DNA from: Eledone cirrhosa
Lineage: Eukaryota
Reading direction: 5' to 3'
DNA: 64,000 bases
Assembly (NCBI GenBank): GCA_964016885.1
Contig: OZ024742.1
Location: forward strand, 291,152,001 to 291,216,000
Shown: positions 37,943 through 51,733 of the stretch, piece by piece
Layout: each line of letters begins with the position of its first letter
Numbering within the stretch: the stretch's first letter is position 1
Translations under genes and position numbers: made by a program
Notes under the pieces: model-generated
Database searches by the model: none
What the model saw: only the letters and a program-made list of their open reading frames with translations
Told to the model about the DNA's origin: nothing

Positions 37943-39252
37943 TATACTTCTCTGATATGTTTTTATCTTCTGTGGCGTTGAAATTGTAAAAATAATCCTG
38001 AAATCTTAATATATGATATTGAATTTATGTATGTTCCAAATTGTAGGCCATAGTTTCGTATCTAGGTAGTTGAAACTTTGCATAGTAGCCCTTCTTTTCA
38101 AGGAGAAAGTCATATGTAATGTGATCATACAAAATATTTTCTCTGTAACTTCAGAAAGAAAATCTAACAATATTGTATACCTCCAAGCAGGAGCAGATTA
38201 AGCTCTTATGTAATACTTAGCTGAAAATTTCATCAGGTCCCTTACATATTATTTATGGGAGCCCCCCCCCCCCCCCCCCCCAAAAAAAAAGAAAGAGTTT
38301 TGGAGCCCTTTAACCCTTCAGCATTTACATTACTGTATATTTACTATTGTATTTCTGTGGTAAAGGCTTTACCTCATGTAAGTTTCTCACATAATATTGA
38401 ATCTATGAGATTTTGATATTATTTATTTTGAGAACAATACCTTAACATCAGTATAAGCAGCCAGTTACAGCTGGTTTAAACAGAAAGAGGTGAGAGAATT
38501 CTGGCCAGATACAGCCAGTTTAAATGCTAAAAGGTTAAATATTGTGGGACCCTGTCTACAGTCCAGTCACCCACAACCCATCTATAATCCACCATTGCCT
38601 CCAAGGACTTTAATAGACAGTGGGTAAATTTACTGATTAAAAAAACAAGCCTGAATGCTTGAGCATTAATATGGGCAAGTTTCTTGTACCAGAACCTTGG
38701 AAGTAAAATTTGGTAGACAGAAATTGTACAAAAGCCTATGTTGAACTCCATGAGTATGGACACAACAGACAAATCCTGTTTGTGTGTGTGGGGAGGGTAA
38801 TAGTGAATGCAGTTACATCTTTAATCATTTTGTTATCAACTTGACAAAAATCAGCTTGGATTCTATGAAATAAAAAGAGTCCCTATTCAAATTAAAATCT
38901 TCCAACACAATTTCATATAAGAACCTTATGTTAAGTTGCTATCTTAATAATGAAATAATAAAAAATCTTAGTAAATCCTTCAAAAGTTTTCATTAACCTT
39001 TTTGATACTAATCTGACCAAAATTATCTCTGGTTCTATGAAACAAAATCACCCATTTTAAAGGGTTTCTATTTTAATTAAAACCTTCCAAAATAATCATA
39101 TATAAGAATTATATGTTATATTACTATCTTAGCAATGAAATAATTAATAACTTTAGTAAATCTCTCAAAATTAAGGGAACCATATCCTGGCTCTTTCGTT
39201 TCATATTCGGCATGGATTTTATGGCTGAATGCCTTTCATATCACCAACCATA

Positions 39253-40550
39253 TTACAGAGTGTACTGGGTGAATTGTATCATACCACATTATAGAGTGTA
39301 TTGGGTGAATTGTATCATGACACCAGCACTACCACTTTACAGAGTGTATTGGGTGAATTGTATCATGACACCAGCACTACCACTTTACAGGGTGTATTGG
39401 GTGAATTGTATCATGACACCAGCACTACCACTTTACAGGGTGTATTGGGTGAATTGTATCATGACACCAGCACTACCACTTTACAGGGTGTATTGGGTGA
39501 ATTGTATCATGACACCAGCACTACCACTTTACAGGGTGTATTGGGTGAATTGTATTATGATGCCAGCACTACCACTTTACAGGGTGTATTGGGTGAATTG
39601 TATCATGACACCAGCACTACCACTTTACAGGGTGTATTGGGTGAATTGTATCATGACACCAGCACTACCACTTTACAGGGTGTATTGGGTGAATTGTATC
39701 ATGACACCAGCACTACCACTTTACAGGGTGTATTGGGTGAATTGTATCATGACACCAGCACTACCACTTTACAGGGTGTATTGGGTGAATTGTATTATGA
39801 TGCCAGCACTACCATGTTACAGAGTGTATTGGATGCATATTATTTTAACACTAGTACTGTTACTTAACGGGGTGTACTGGGTCAAAATTAGCATAGCACT
39901 AGCACTACAACTTTATAGAGTATAAAGATACATTTTATTGAGAAACAGCACTGTCACTTTACATTGTGTAATGGGTGTATTATGCCATCAGCACTACAGA
40001 AAATACTGGCAGCATTTTTATCATAGCACTAGCTCTACCATTTTACAGAGCGTAATTGGTGCATCTTATTGTGATACTAGCATTGCCACTTTACAGTGAT
40101 GAAGTTTATTGTGACACTTCCATTACCACTATCATAGCACCAGCTCTACCATTTTACAGAGTGTAATTGATGCATCTTATTGTGATACTAGTATTGCCAC
40201 TTTACAGTGATGAAGTTTATTGTGACACTTCCATTACTACTTTGCAGAATATACTGGGTGGATTTTATCATGGCACCAGCAATGCCAATTTACAGAGTGT
40301 ATTAGGTACATTTTATTGAGAGCAGCATGTGATGGATGTGTTTTATCACATTACAGAGTGTACTGAATGCATTTGTATTGTAGCACCAACACTAGCATTT
40401 TATAGAGTGTAATAGGTACATTTTTATGATGGTGCCAGTATTACCCCATTACAGAGCTTACTGGGTGCTTTTTTGTCACAACACCTGTACTGTCACTTTA
40501 CAGAGTGTGCTGGGTGCATTTTATTGTGATACCAGCACTACCACTTTACA
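39253..40550. repeat. 48-bp minisatellite (~11-12 near-perfect copies at ~39290-39830, degenerating to ~40550)
   Basis: Unit GTATTGGGTGAATTGTATCATGACACCAGCACTACCACTTTACAGGGT. Confidence 0.92.
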
Positions 40551-42954
40551 AACTAAACATATTCATGACGTTCCCCACAGCACTCAAAGAAGTTGACCTA
40601 TAGCTCAACATTTCAACTTACCTGATCACTCTATTGACCATTACTGAGTGTTTGGAGTTTCTGATCTCCATGGTTCTTCCTATTTTAAATATAGAAGTGA
40701 CTATTTTTAACTTTTGGTAATGCCTCACCAATAATGAACGATTCTCTATTTCATAAAGAAAATACCTGCTAAATATCATCATGGACGCAACAGACAATAC
40801 ACAGGTAAATGTTGTTGCTATATCTGTCATATAGAGAGGTAGGTGTTAGTGCCATACTTGTCAAATATTACCTTTAATTCAATAGAAAATTCACAAGTAG
40901 ATGGTGTCACAAAATCTATCACAGACACAGCTAAATGTTATCACCATACTTGTCACATTCGAAGGTTAAGTGTTGTCACCATACTTTTAAAAAACACAGG
41001 TATATGTTGTCACTGTACCTTTTAAAAACACATGTAAATATTGTCATCATACCTGAAGAAGGGGTCACCAAATGTAGTGGTGGTTAAGAGGATAGCTTGT
41101 TGTTGACCAAATGTGTAGTTGTATTTATGGTTTGGTTAGTCACTTGTTCATTGTAGTGTGAAAGAATTTGTAGTAGTAATTGTTGGCTTGATTAACTATT
41201 TTGTGAGTTACTCTCTTCCATATAAAACACTGTGTGAACGCTTGTGACTTATGGCAAATGAATTGCGTGTTGAATGTTGAAGGATGAAAGGGAAATTATC
41301 GATATTCAGTGAACAACAACAAAAGTCTCTACTTTGATAATTTTTATTAAGAAATATCTTACATAGAAGTTATTATGATAACATAGAAAAAACAACAAAT
41401 AGTCCAAATGAAATTGTGTATTATGTTTGTGTGAATGGTTTGACATGGATGCTGTAGTAGTCAGCAAAGATTGCATGGAACTAACCTTTGTTGGAATCAA
41501 ATGGGTGTATGACTGCCTTGTCTCATGGTCAAAAGTTTTGAGACCCAATATGTTGGAGTGAGTCTGTTGGCAAGTACAGTATTCTGATATTTGTCATGAA
41601 TTGAATTGAACTGGTTGTTGGACAGCCAAGAGCAGACTATTTATGAAAATTCTATTGTCATTGACAATAAGCAGATGACTTTCAGAAAACTGTATTCTTC
41701 CAGACAGTTTGGCAACATTAACCCCCAGAGAGTACAGTACAAAGAAAATCACTTGTCTATGAGGCCAAAGGTTGTATGATTTATTTCCGCAACCAGAGGA
41801 ACAATAGTTTAAATCTCACTGCATAGATTTGCTACATATCCATGTTGGTGTTGTCACCATACCTGTCAAATACACAGGTAAATGATGTCACCATACTTTT
41901 CAAATATTGTTTTTACTGCAATAGACAAATTAAAAGTAAGTGTATTCACTATACCTGTAAATACTGTGTTCACTGCAATCAAGAATACACAGGTGAAAGT
42001 TGCTAGCTTTTATTGACAAAGGTTAACATTGTCAAAGTATCTGTTAAACACACAGGTATGTTGTCACTATAAGTGTCAAATATATGCCTAACTATACAAT
42101 GTATAGTGGGTGGGTATATTGGTGTGAAAAGATTATCAAATAATGTGAAAGCTACAGTGTAAAGAGCTAATGGAAGGAGCTACAGATAGGGAAGGATGTT
42201 AAGCTGGATCTTGGGTATGGTGTGAGGTTGGAAGGTGTAAAAACGTTTTGTTACTTTGAATGGAGAAGATGGATCAAACTCCACAAGAGTATCTTGAGTA
42301 AGATGTGCATAGAAGTCCCAGGAACTGAGTGGTGTGCTAATGAGAAGAGGAATGTTGCTGAAACTGAAGGGAAAGGTGTATGTTGTATGTGTGGGAGGTG
42401 CCATGATTTATGGGAGTGAGATGTGTGTGATGAATGTAGAGCAATGGAAATAGATCCAATAGTGAATGTTGTGAAATGAAATGAAATGGAATGAGGTGGG
42501 TGGGTTCTGTGTTGAGAAGGATGAAAGTGACTGAGTGAGAAGAGTGATGGAAATGAATGTGGAAAGAACTTGAGGAAGAGGAAAACTAAGAAAGAGAAGG
42601 AAATGTAAGCCAGAGATTGGTGAGCAGAAATGAATGGAATAGCGTGTCATAAGGCCTGTAAGGAAAAGGGCTTCAAAATTGTTGTAGCTGTTACTATGAT
42701 AGCGATATGAAGTTAAAAATATCTTAGTATTTATATATATTTATCTATTTGGTGTTTTTTAAAAAATTGAATTCTGAAAAGAATATTAATCGAAAAGAAA
42801 AAACACTATGTAATTTATAAAAATAAACACTATTATCAAACGGAAAGCGTTTATATTTGAAGTCTCTACCTAAATCTACCTGATGAATGAATTGATAAAC
42901 TTAACCAGAGCAAGGGAGACAATCTGAAAGTAAAATGATTTCCTCCATTTATTT

Positions 42955-43226
42955 CATCATTACTTTTATGTCTGGTTTTCCATGCTTGCATGGGTTAGAC
43001 AGGTCTTTCTCAACATGGCATCTCTCCACATGTCACAATCTTTTTTCATCACCTCTGTGAGTTTTAGTGATTTGAGGTCAGCTCTAACAACCTCTGCCCA
43101 GGTCTTTCTTAGTCTATCTCTATTGCGGCTTCCTTTCTCTGGTATTTCCTGGCACTTCTTCACCCACCAATCATCATCCATGTGCCTCACATGTCTGTAC
43201 CAATGCAATTTTCTCTCTTGGATTCC
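42955..43226 (-). mobile_element. RTE-like LINE 3' end fragment
   Basis: IQERKLHWYRHVRHMDDD..RKTWAEVVRADL..W. Confidence 0.75.
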
Positions 43227-43699
43227 TCCCAAACCCTTTATGGGAACGAAATAATACAATAATCATTAAATATAAATTACCCCATTAAATATTTCACCAA
43301 ATACAAAATATACAAGACAATTAATTTTCTTGAAAAAAAAGACAAAACTGTATATTATGATATTCAAATCCCGCCAAGGTTAACTTTGCCTTTCATCCTT
43401 ACGGGGTCGATAAAATAAAGTACCAGTAACGTACTGAGTAATTGCTGGCCTTGTGCCAAAAGTAGAAACAATTATTTTAACATTTGTAAGGTCAAACATT
43501 TCATTTTCTATTATAGTGAATAAATAATTTTTTTCTTTTTATATACAAATGTACGTATGTTATTAGCAGTTTCAATTATTCATGTATTGCCAATGATTAA
43601 AAAAAAAACATCTAATTTTTCAGATGATTTCTGTATGAGTACTAACTTCCACATTGTGTGTTGATTTCTATTTCCTTTCAGCTGTACTTACACACCTGA

Positions 43700-43744
<45 letters not shown>

Positions 43745-43989
43745 GAGTGGAAACAGTATGAGGAAACAAAGACTCTCCAATCTGGACAAAATATGAAACT
43801 CTCTCTTGGGGTGGGGCCCAAATAAAACACACTCAGTACACTTTGTAAAATGGTTGGCATCAGGAAAGGCATCTACCATAGAAACCATACCAAATATGTA
43901 AAATAGTCTTGTACCATGACAATTTGTCCAATCCATGCCACCATGTATGTAGGAAGGGGGTCTTTACTTATATGTGTATATATATACAC

Positions 43990-44064
<75 letters not shown>

Positions 44065-44309
44065 CACATATGAGTAAAGACCCCCTTCAGTCACGAATGA
44101 ACATAAGATTTGTACCTAGAAAATTTCCCTCCTGACGCACAAGTCCAGGCAATCTTATTTGTGGAAGACCACCAGTCACCTATGTATACCAGAATCCCCT
44201 CTCCATGCCACCAGCGTTGAGCAAGTGAAAGGCAAAGGTCAATCACTTGGCAGTAGGGGTGTCACAACTCATTTCTACAGATGGGTGAACTGGAACAACT
44301 TGAAATAAG

Positions 44310-44900
44310 GTATCAAATTCTTGGAGGGTTCCGTAGAAGCTCCTTGGGTGACCAAATCATCAGTGGAGGTGAGTATTCCGAAAGTACAATAGATAGAGTG
44401 AGAACAGGATGGAAGACATTCAGGAACTACTACCACTGCTAGCTACTAAAGGTTTTTCCCTCAAACTGAAGGGCAAATTGTATGAAGTGTGTATACGAAC
44501 AGCAATGCTGGATGGCTGCAAAGCCTGGGCGCTGTGTGCAGAGGACCTGTGTAAATTATAAAGAAATGTAGCTTGCATGTTCCGATGGATGTATAATAGT
44601 AATATTCATGAATGGCAAAGCCTAAAAGAACTGAGAGACTGGGCATAAGAGGGATCAGATGCAGTATGCAGGAGAGGAGATTGTGTTGGTATGGAAATGT
44701 GATGTGTATGAAGGAAGACAGCTGTATAAAAAGATACAGAGCGCTCAAAGTTCACAAAAGCCATGGAGTAGGAAGACTTGGGATGAGGTAATAAAAGCTG
44801 ACCTTGCACAATTGCACCTCTTAAAGGCAGTGGTCTCTAGCGTTATGCAGTAATACAGATCCACTTTTCCCTGTGCACGGTTTGAAGCATACATCTTAGT
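44310..44900 (+). mobile_element. Degenerate RTE-clade LINE fragment
   Basis: Decayed match to ~23820-24430. Confidence 0.7.
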
Positions 44901-45004
44901 ATGCACCTTCACCTCCCACGTCATAACACCCCATATATATATGTGAAATATATATATATATATATAGACATCACATGGAATTTTTTAATTCATACTTTTT
45001 GCAG

Positions 45005-45088
45005 GTGGAATTTGAAAGTATAACTGGGGAACATTACCGAAGTGATATGGCAATTGATGATGTTGTGGTGCAAGACAGAAATTGTTGA
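45005..45088 (+). CDS. Duplicate terminal exon of the astacin-MAM gene ([27 protein letters not shown]); alternative last exon or duplication remnant
   Basis: Differs from 37444-37527 at two adjacent codons; intact TTTTTGCAG acceptor; 3'UTR homology continues to ~45430. Confidence 0.65.
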   Translation: MEFESITGEHYRSDMAIDDVVVQDRNC

Positions 45089-45118
45089 TGACATCCTCTT
45101 ATTATTAATATTATATAT

Positions 45119-45170
<52 letters not shown>

Positions 45171-46046
45171 ATACATGTATTGGTACATATGTATTATGTA
45201 TGTATATTTAAGGAAGTTATATTCTTTACACTAATTCACTGTCTTATAATAAATATACTTCTCTGATATGTTTTTATCTTCTGTGGCGTTGAAATTATAA
45301 AAATAATCCTGAAATCTTAATATATAATATTGAATGTATGTTCCAAATTGTAGACCATAGTTTCTTACCTAGGTAGTTGAAACTTTGCATAGTGGCCCTT
45401 CTTTTCAAGGAGAAAGGCATGTTATGTGACCATTCCTAAGATATTATATCTGTAGCTCCATATTCTATGTACTATACATGCATATTTGATCAGTTGTAGT
45501 GCACCTGAACACTGTACACAATATTTTTTTCTTTATATAATACACAGTCATCATACTTGCCCAATATTGTATTGTCATTTACTGTAAAAGTCGAAAAACA
45601 TAATACTGAGGTTGATGTGATTGACTAAATCCCTTTAAACTAAGCAACTAATCCTGGTTTTTAAAAAAGCCAATGGAGACAACCTAGAAAAATTACCGCT
45701 CCCCCACTTATTCCAACCCCACCTAGGAGTACATGACAAAGTCTTTGAATTAATTTAAACAAAATTTCTATGTGCTTGAGCCTGTTTTGTATTTACTTTA
45801 TTGACTGGTTATTGAACTGTTGGACTATTTTTTTTGCAATATGATTCAGACATAAAGTATCTATGTTTTCTGTTTGGAAAAGACAAAACCATGCATTTTT
45901 AGAAGAATGGTATTAATACAGATAATAGTTGTTGTTGAAATAACAAGAATGGCTTTTTGGTTTATATACAAGAGTTTACTTCATTGAAGTCAAAGAAAGG
46001 ACAATAAACATATTACCACTAGTTGTGAAGGTTGACGATGTTATTA

Positions 46047-48679
46047 GTGTAGTTGGTTCTTGAGGCTGTTGGTAGTAAAAAGAGTTGCTCTTAACATGTT
46101 CACTGGAGTAGGATGGTATTTGCACTCCACGTGTTGTGGGTGAAGGCTGAAGTGGAGAAGGCGAAGTCGTCTCCGTTCTCCAGGGCTGCTGCGGGTAAAA
46201 GAGAGAGAACACTCTCGCTGTCTCAATATATAGTCCCCATGGGGACGTAACTCCAATTACCTCCTGTTGTTGACACTAGGGGTCACTACAGTCCCCAAGG
46301 GACGTAACTCTCATGAGTTCTGGATTTCACCGCTAGGGGTCACTACAATACCCTCCTCCAGACGATAGGCGAAAAGCCCGAAGGTAACTGTAGTGAACCC
46401 GCAAGAACGGGATCCAAGCAAAGGTATGAAACAATAACAAAAAAATAAAAAGGTACATGCATACATAATACAAAGAAAAAGAAGAAAAAAAAAGAAAAGG
46501 GTCCATAGTGGCCAGTTCATATAAAAAATGTCTGACAGAGTTTTTGGGCCAGTGGACTCTTCGACTGGAATGGGTCGTGGTCTTGTATGTAGGTGAAGGT
46601 GGAGCAGAAGGAGCAGGTGTATGCACAATCGAGAAAGATTGGGTATTTGTGGCTCAGGTGTATGAGCGTCAGTGTATGCCCTTTTTATTCTATCCATCGA
46701 AATTGTCTCTCTGGATCCCTTAATGTCTACTGTGAAATGTTTGTCAGTACGTAATAACACATGGTAGGGTCCAAAGTATGGTTGTGTGAGAGGTGGACTA
46801 ACCGCGTCGTTTCTGACAAAGACATGTGTCCACGAGGCAATATCCCTTGGGACTGCAGTTTTAATAGTTTGTTTCCTAGTATCCATAGGCGGTAAGTCCT
46901 GAAAAATGAGATACGTAGGAAAGAGGATCTTGAAAAGCAAGATCAACAGAGGCAAGCATTTGCCCAGGCAACACTAGAGGAGCACCATACAATAATTTGG
47001 CCGGGGAGAACCCAAGGTCCTCCTTTATGGATGACCGAATTCCTAATAACACAATAGGAAGGTACTCGCTCCAACGTAGAGAGTCTGGATAGGCGTGAAG
47101 AGCGGCCTTTAATTGGCGGTGAAAATGTTCCACCATTCCGTTTGAAGCAGGATGATAAGATGTAGTCCGAATACGTTGAGCGCCAATAATTTTTGTCAGC
47201 TCTGAGAAAAGATGAAAAAGATGAGATTCAAATTGCCTACCACGGTCTGTGGTAATTGTGGTTGGCACTCCATAGCGGGCAATCCACCCTGATACCAGGG
47301 CACGCGCTATCGTCTCGGTGGTAATGTCCTTTAAGGGGATGGCTTCAGGCCATCGCGAAAAACGATCAATGCAGGTCAAAAGGTAAGAATATCCACTACT
47401 GAATGGCCAAGGTCCAACGATATCGATGTGGATGTGTTGAAAATGAGCATCCGGAGTACTGAAAGTACCAAGTGGAGTCCGGATGTGTCTGTGGACTTTA
47501 GATTTTTGACACTGTATGCAGGAACGGCACCAGGCAATAATTTCTCGCCTCATATTTGGCCAGAAAAATCTAGCCGTTATGAGCTTTACCGTGGCTGAAG
47601 ATCCTGGGTGAGAAATGCTGTGCAAAGCAAGGAAAACAATTCGATGGTGAATCTCGGGAACATAAGAACTTGGTGAATCTGTAGATACATCGCAGAGAAT
47701 CTGTCTGTTGGTAGTTGACAAGGGCAGATATTTCAGGTTGCAAGTCGCAAATTCAGCTGATTGAGTACCCAACGATTCGAGTGCAGGTTGGTCTGCTGCC
47801 AAACGCCTTAAATCGATCTCCTGGGATGACGAAATCAAGCTGATTGGCAAGCGTGACAAGGCGTCTGCAGCTGTATTTAGTGAGCCAGCAATGTGCTGTA
47901 TATCACTTGTAAACTGTGAAATGTAATCAAGGTGCCTTGTCTCTCTGGGCGAATATTTGTTGGCTTTAGCCCTCAAAGCGAAGGTGAGAGGTTTGTGGTC
48001 AGTGAAAACCGTAAAAGTTCTTCCCTCAAGAATATGAGAAAAAATGTTTCAATGACAGATATATGGCTAATAACTCCCGACCAAACGTGCTGTAACGAGT
48101 TTCTTCTGGTTTCAGCTTCCTGGAGAAAAATGCCAAAGGTTGTTGGTTTTCAGCATTATACTGTTGTAAAACTGCTCCCACAGTGGTATCAGATGCATAG
48201 ACACAAAGCGAAAGCTTGGCCTCTGGTACTGAGCGGGCTAGCAAAGATGAATTAGCAAGTGCTGTCTTGGCAGTCTGGAAATCTTCGAGTTGTCCTTGTG
48301 TCAAGGAAATATCCTCATTCTTCTTATGACGATTTTTCAAAATCTTGGTAAGGGAAATTTTGCACATTGAGGAAGTTGGTGTAGTTGGTTCTTGAGGCTG
48401 TTGGTAGTAAAAAGAGTTGCTCTTAACATGTTCACTGGAGTAGGATGGTATTTGCACTCCACGTGTTGTGGGTGAAGGCTGAAGTGGAGAAGGCGAAGTC
48501 GCCTCCGTTCTCCAGGGCTGCTGCGGGTAAAAGAGAGAGAACACTCTCGCTGTCTCAATATATAGTCCCCATGGGGACGTAACTCCAATTACCTCCTGTT
48601 GTTGACACTAGGGGTCACTACAGTTCCCAAGGTACGTAACTCTCATGAGTTCTGGATTTCACCGCTAGGGGTCACTACA
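46047..48679 (-). mobile_element. Gypsy/Ty3 LTR retrotransposon, internally deleted (RNase H + integrase retained)
   Basis: Direct repeats 46047-46347 and ~48379-48679 starting TGTAGTG on -; polypurine tract GGAGGAGGG next to the 3' LTR; RNase H PLAFFSRKL..YSTFGRELLA; integrase [25 protein letters not shown]; the 3' LTR probably extends left of 46047. Confidence 0.9.
46876..47976 (-). pseudogene. Gypsy pol fragment (integrase)
   Basis: H..SHPG..WP.M..C..CQ zinc finger and DDE core; flanked by frameshifts. Confidence 0.88.
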
Positions 48680-48829
48680 CATTTATGAGAATATCAATTT
48701 CATTCTTGGACCAATTTTGTTTGTCGTAGATCTGTTGTGTTGTCACTGTGATACTCCTTTTCTTTTGTGTACACTTTTATGTGAGTGTGTGTGTGTTTGT
48801 AATATAAACTTTGGGGGTTTATATTACAT

Positions 48830-49075
48830 ATCTGTGCATGGAGGATGACCTCTGGGTAAAGAAGTGCCAAGAAATCCTAGTAGAAGGAAGACACAGTCGA
48901 GGAAGACCAGAAAAAACATGGGCGGAGGTGGTGAGAGCAGACCACAGATCGCTGAAGCTCACGGAGGAGGTGACAAAGGACCGTGACGAATGGAGAGATG
49001 CCGTGCTTAATAGGACCCGTCCCACCTTTGCAAGCAGGGATAAGCGGATATAAAATGATGATGATGATGATGATC
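48830..49075 (+). mobile_element. RTE-like LINE 3' end with (GAT)n tail
   Basis: MEDDLWVKKC..RGRPEKTWAEVVRAD..DRDEW. Confidence 0.75.
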
Positions 49076-49226
49076 TGGTGTGTGACTGTTACCAGTTCTG
49101 TGCAGACCTGCCTCTACAGTTCCCCAAATAAAAAACAAAAGACATTCAAACCATCAATTTGAAAGTAATTTATTTTCAGGTAAGATAGGAAATTAACAGT
49201 GTGCTGGGTTTGGTTGCCAGATGAAA

Positions 49227-49316
49227 CTATTTTTTACAAGATCTTGGTGAGAATGTCACATCATCAATAGCAATATAAACGTTAGGAGAGCTACCTGTGT
49301 CACCTTCAAACTGAAT
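49227..49316 (-). CDS. Paralogous MAM-domain gene, terminal exon (IQFEGDTGSSPNVYIAIDDVTFSPRSCKK*)
   Basis: FE...IAIDDV...C MAM C-terminal motif; CAG acceptor; TAG stop; phase 0. Confidence 0.88.
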   Translation of the reverse strand: MQFEGDTGSSPNVYIAIDDVTFSPRSCKK

Positions 49317-49432
49317 CTGTTTAGAAAGGAGAAAAATAAAAGTCAAAGGTTAACGTAGATTACAATGAATTAAATGTCATTAAGTGAAGAAAATACAATT
49401 GTATATTATAAATAAAGTCTTTGGAGAACTAT

Positions 49433-49583
49433 AAGGGGACCTTCCAGAAGTGGTTGGAGTACTACAACAAGTGCATTGAGGTTGGAGGATCCTACTTTGA
49501 GGGAGACTAGAGTTTTGTGTTCATCTGAGTTAAATAAATGTCTCACTGGTAAAAGTTTCAAAACCTCTTGAGTCTACCTCGTA
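49433..49583 (+). mobile_element. Mariner-like transposon 3' end fragment
   Basis: FQKWLEYYNKCIEVGGSYFEGD* (mariner C-terminal W....KC....G.YFE) followed by a TIR-like end ...ACCTCG-TA. Confidence 0.65.
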
Positions 49584-49807
49584 TTTTGCTTGTCTCACTG
49601 TGTGTTTGAGAGTTACACTTTCAAAAACCTTAACAATGGAATAACATTGAAGACATAATCTAAATCTTTAACATAATGAAAACTCATATTATGAAGATCT
49701 ATACATTTTATATATCAAAACAGAAATACAAACATTTAAAAAATATGGAATTTCTATGGGTTCTGCTTGTAAATTTTTTTACTCTTTAATTTGGAAGTAC
49801 TCAAGGC

Positions 49808-50839
49808 CAGGGGTTCACAACCTTTTTTTCGCTGTGGACACCAAAATAAGTAATTTTTTCCTGTGGACCACCTAAACTTTAAAATCTTTTGTAATAGAAC
49901 TGCTACTTATAAGCATCAGTAGATGTTTTTTTTTCAATGAATTAGAAAATGCTATTATCATGTCGCAGTGCCTAAAAATCTATGCAAATAAACAGCTGAA
50001 GTCGTACTTATGCGAAGAATAAGAACAGCGCTTTAAGTCAAATGCATGGATCAAAAAAGAATTTGCTATTGCACCAAGCAACGCATAACTTATTCATTAT
50101 TAATTTGAATTTTTTCGATTTCATACCTCAGCGACAAATATGAAGTATTGATGTTGAGAATAAGTTTCTACTTCTAATTGGTAAGATCGATTTGATTGGT
50201 CAATACCATTTTCACTTTGCAATGAAAGTTCCTTTTTTGTTCCTCTAAGGGACATGCTTTGAGCATCAAGACGACAGAGAACAAACAAATGAGAACACAA
50301 ATAAGAAAACCAATTTGAAAATGTCTATTTTTTCAATAAAGCTTTATTTGATAGAATCGAGTAGAAAAAGGTTACTGAGTCCTGGAAAACACTCCCTATC
50401 ATTCAGATGAAATGGAAAGCTGTACAGTTTAAATATGATAATGTGTAGGGTAAGTTAAAAAAATGCAAAGATTTAAGTTGGGATCAGTACAAAAGGCCAT
50501 GTAAACGTTTGAGGGAATACAACAAATTGAATTAAATTAAAAATGTCAACAACACAATTACGCCAAGTCATCAGACAACACGTCAAAAAACTGTCAATGA
50601 GACCCTTGTGCTTGTTTTTGATCCACAAGTTTAGAAATCCTTGGCTCTATGTGGCTCAAGCGAAGTCTCAAAGTGCACTCTCAAGTGCGAGGTGTGATGA
50701 GGCATGTTTCGTTTGTGTGACGTGTGCGTGTACGGAAGAATTTAAATTTTTCAGGTGGACCACAGAAAATTTTCTGTGGACCACCTGAATTTTCCTGTGG
50801 ACCACTAGTGGTCCACATGGACCAGGTTGAGAACCCCTG
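49808..50839. mobile_element. Non-autonomous hAT element (MITE-like)
   Basis: TIRs CAGGGGTTCACAACC / GGTTGAGAACCCCTG; perfect 8-bp TSD CTCAAGGC (49800-49807, 50840-50847); subterminal GTGGACCAC repeats. Confidence 0.92.
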
Positions 50840-51515
50840 CTCAAGGCCTCCATGACTGATGAAAGTGAGAGAGGATGAAGTCTTCAAAAGTGGAAACTTG
50901 ATCTAAAAGCTTGCAACTAAGTGGACTTCAGTAAAGGTACCCAAGGGCCAGGTGGGGACAGATTAAGTTTACCACTCAGAATCAAGTCTACCAAACAAGA
51001 TTGTATCTGTCAAGTAGACCTACAAAAGGAAAATGAAAGGAGCTGATCATTTGATCAGGCCAAGGAAACATTTTCCGTTGGTCTTTTCATTGCTGATACT
51101 ATCTGTCAGTTGCAACTCCTTGCAAAAGAAAGGAGCTGATCATTATATCAGATCAAAGAAACTTAGTCTCCATTGGTCTTTACATTGCTGATTCTATTTG
51201 TCAGTCACAACTCCTGGTAGAGGAAAGCAAGATTTCAACTCAGAGTACAAAGTGTTAGAACAAGCACCAGTGTGTTTAATCTGACGCTTTTGTGACTCTA
51301 CTTTGGGATTAAATGTAGTAATTCAACGACAATGAGGAGTTTGTGAATAACGATAGTACTCTTTTACATGTTTGAATTGTTTCAGTCATTAAACTGTGGC
51401 CATGTGGTACATTGTATTCTTCAGCCATGAAGCAGTTTAATTGAACACATCAACCCCATATCAATCTCTTTTTGTCAAACTGCTAAGTTGCATGATATAA
51501 GCAGTAATCATGTAT

Positions 51516-51588
<73 letters not shown>

Positions 51589-51733
51589 CATATATATGAT
51601 GGGTTTCCACATACTTTCCATGACCATATTTCACCCTCAAGGCTGCAAAGCAAATTCTAAGGAATTCACACAGCCTGTATATATGGTAGAAGAAAACAAA
51701 AAGCGAACGCTTTGAATTATTTCAATGTCTTAC

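Noticed and set aside
39113-39925. 270-aa and 188-aa repetitive ORFs
   Set aside because: Stop-free frames of a 48-bp minisatellite; no splice or domain evidence
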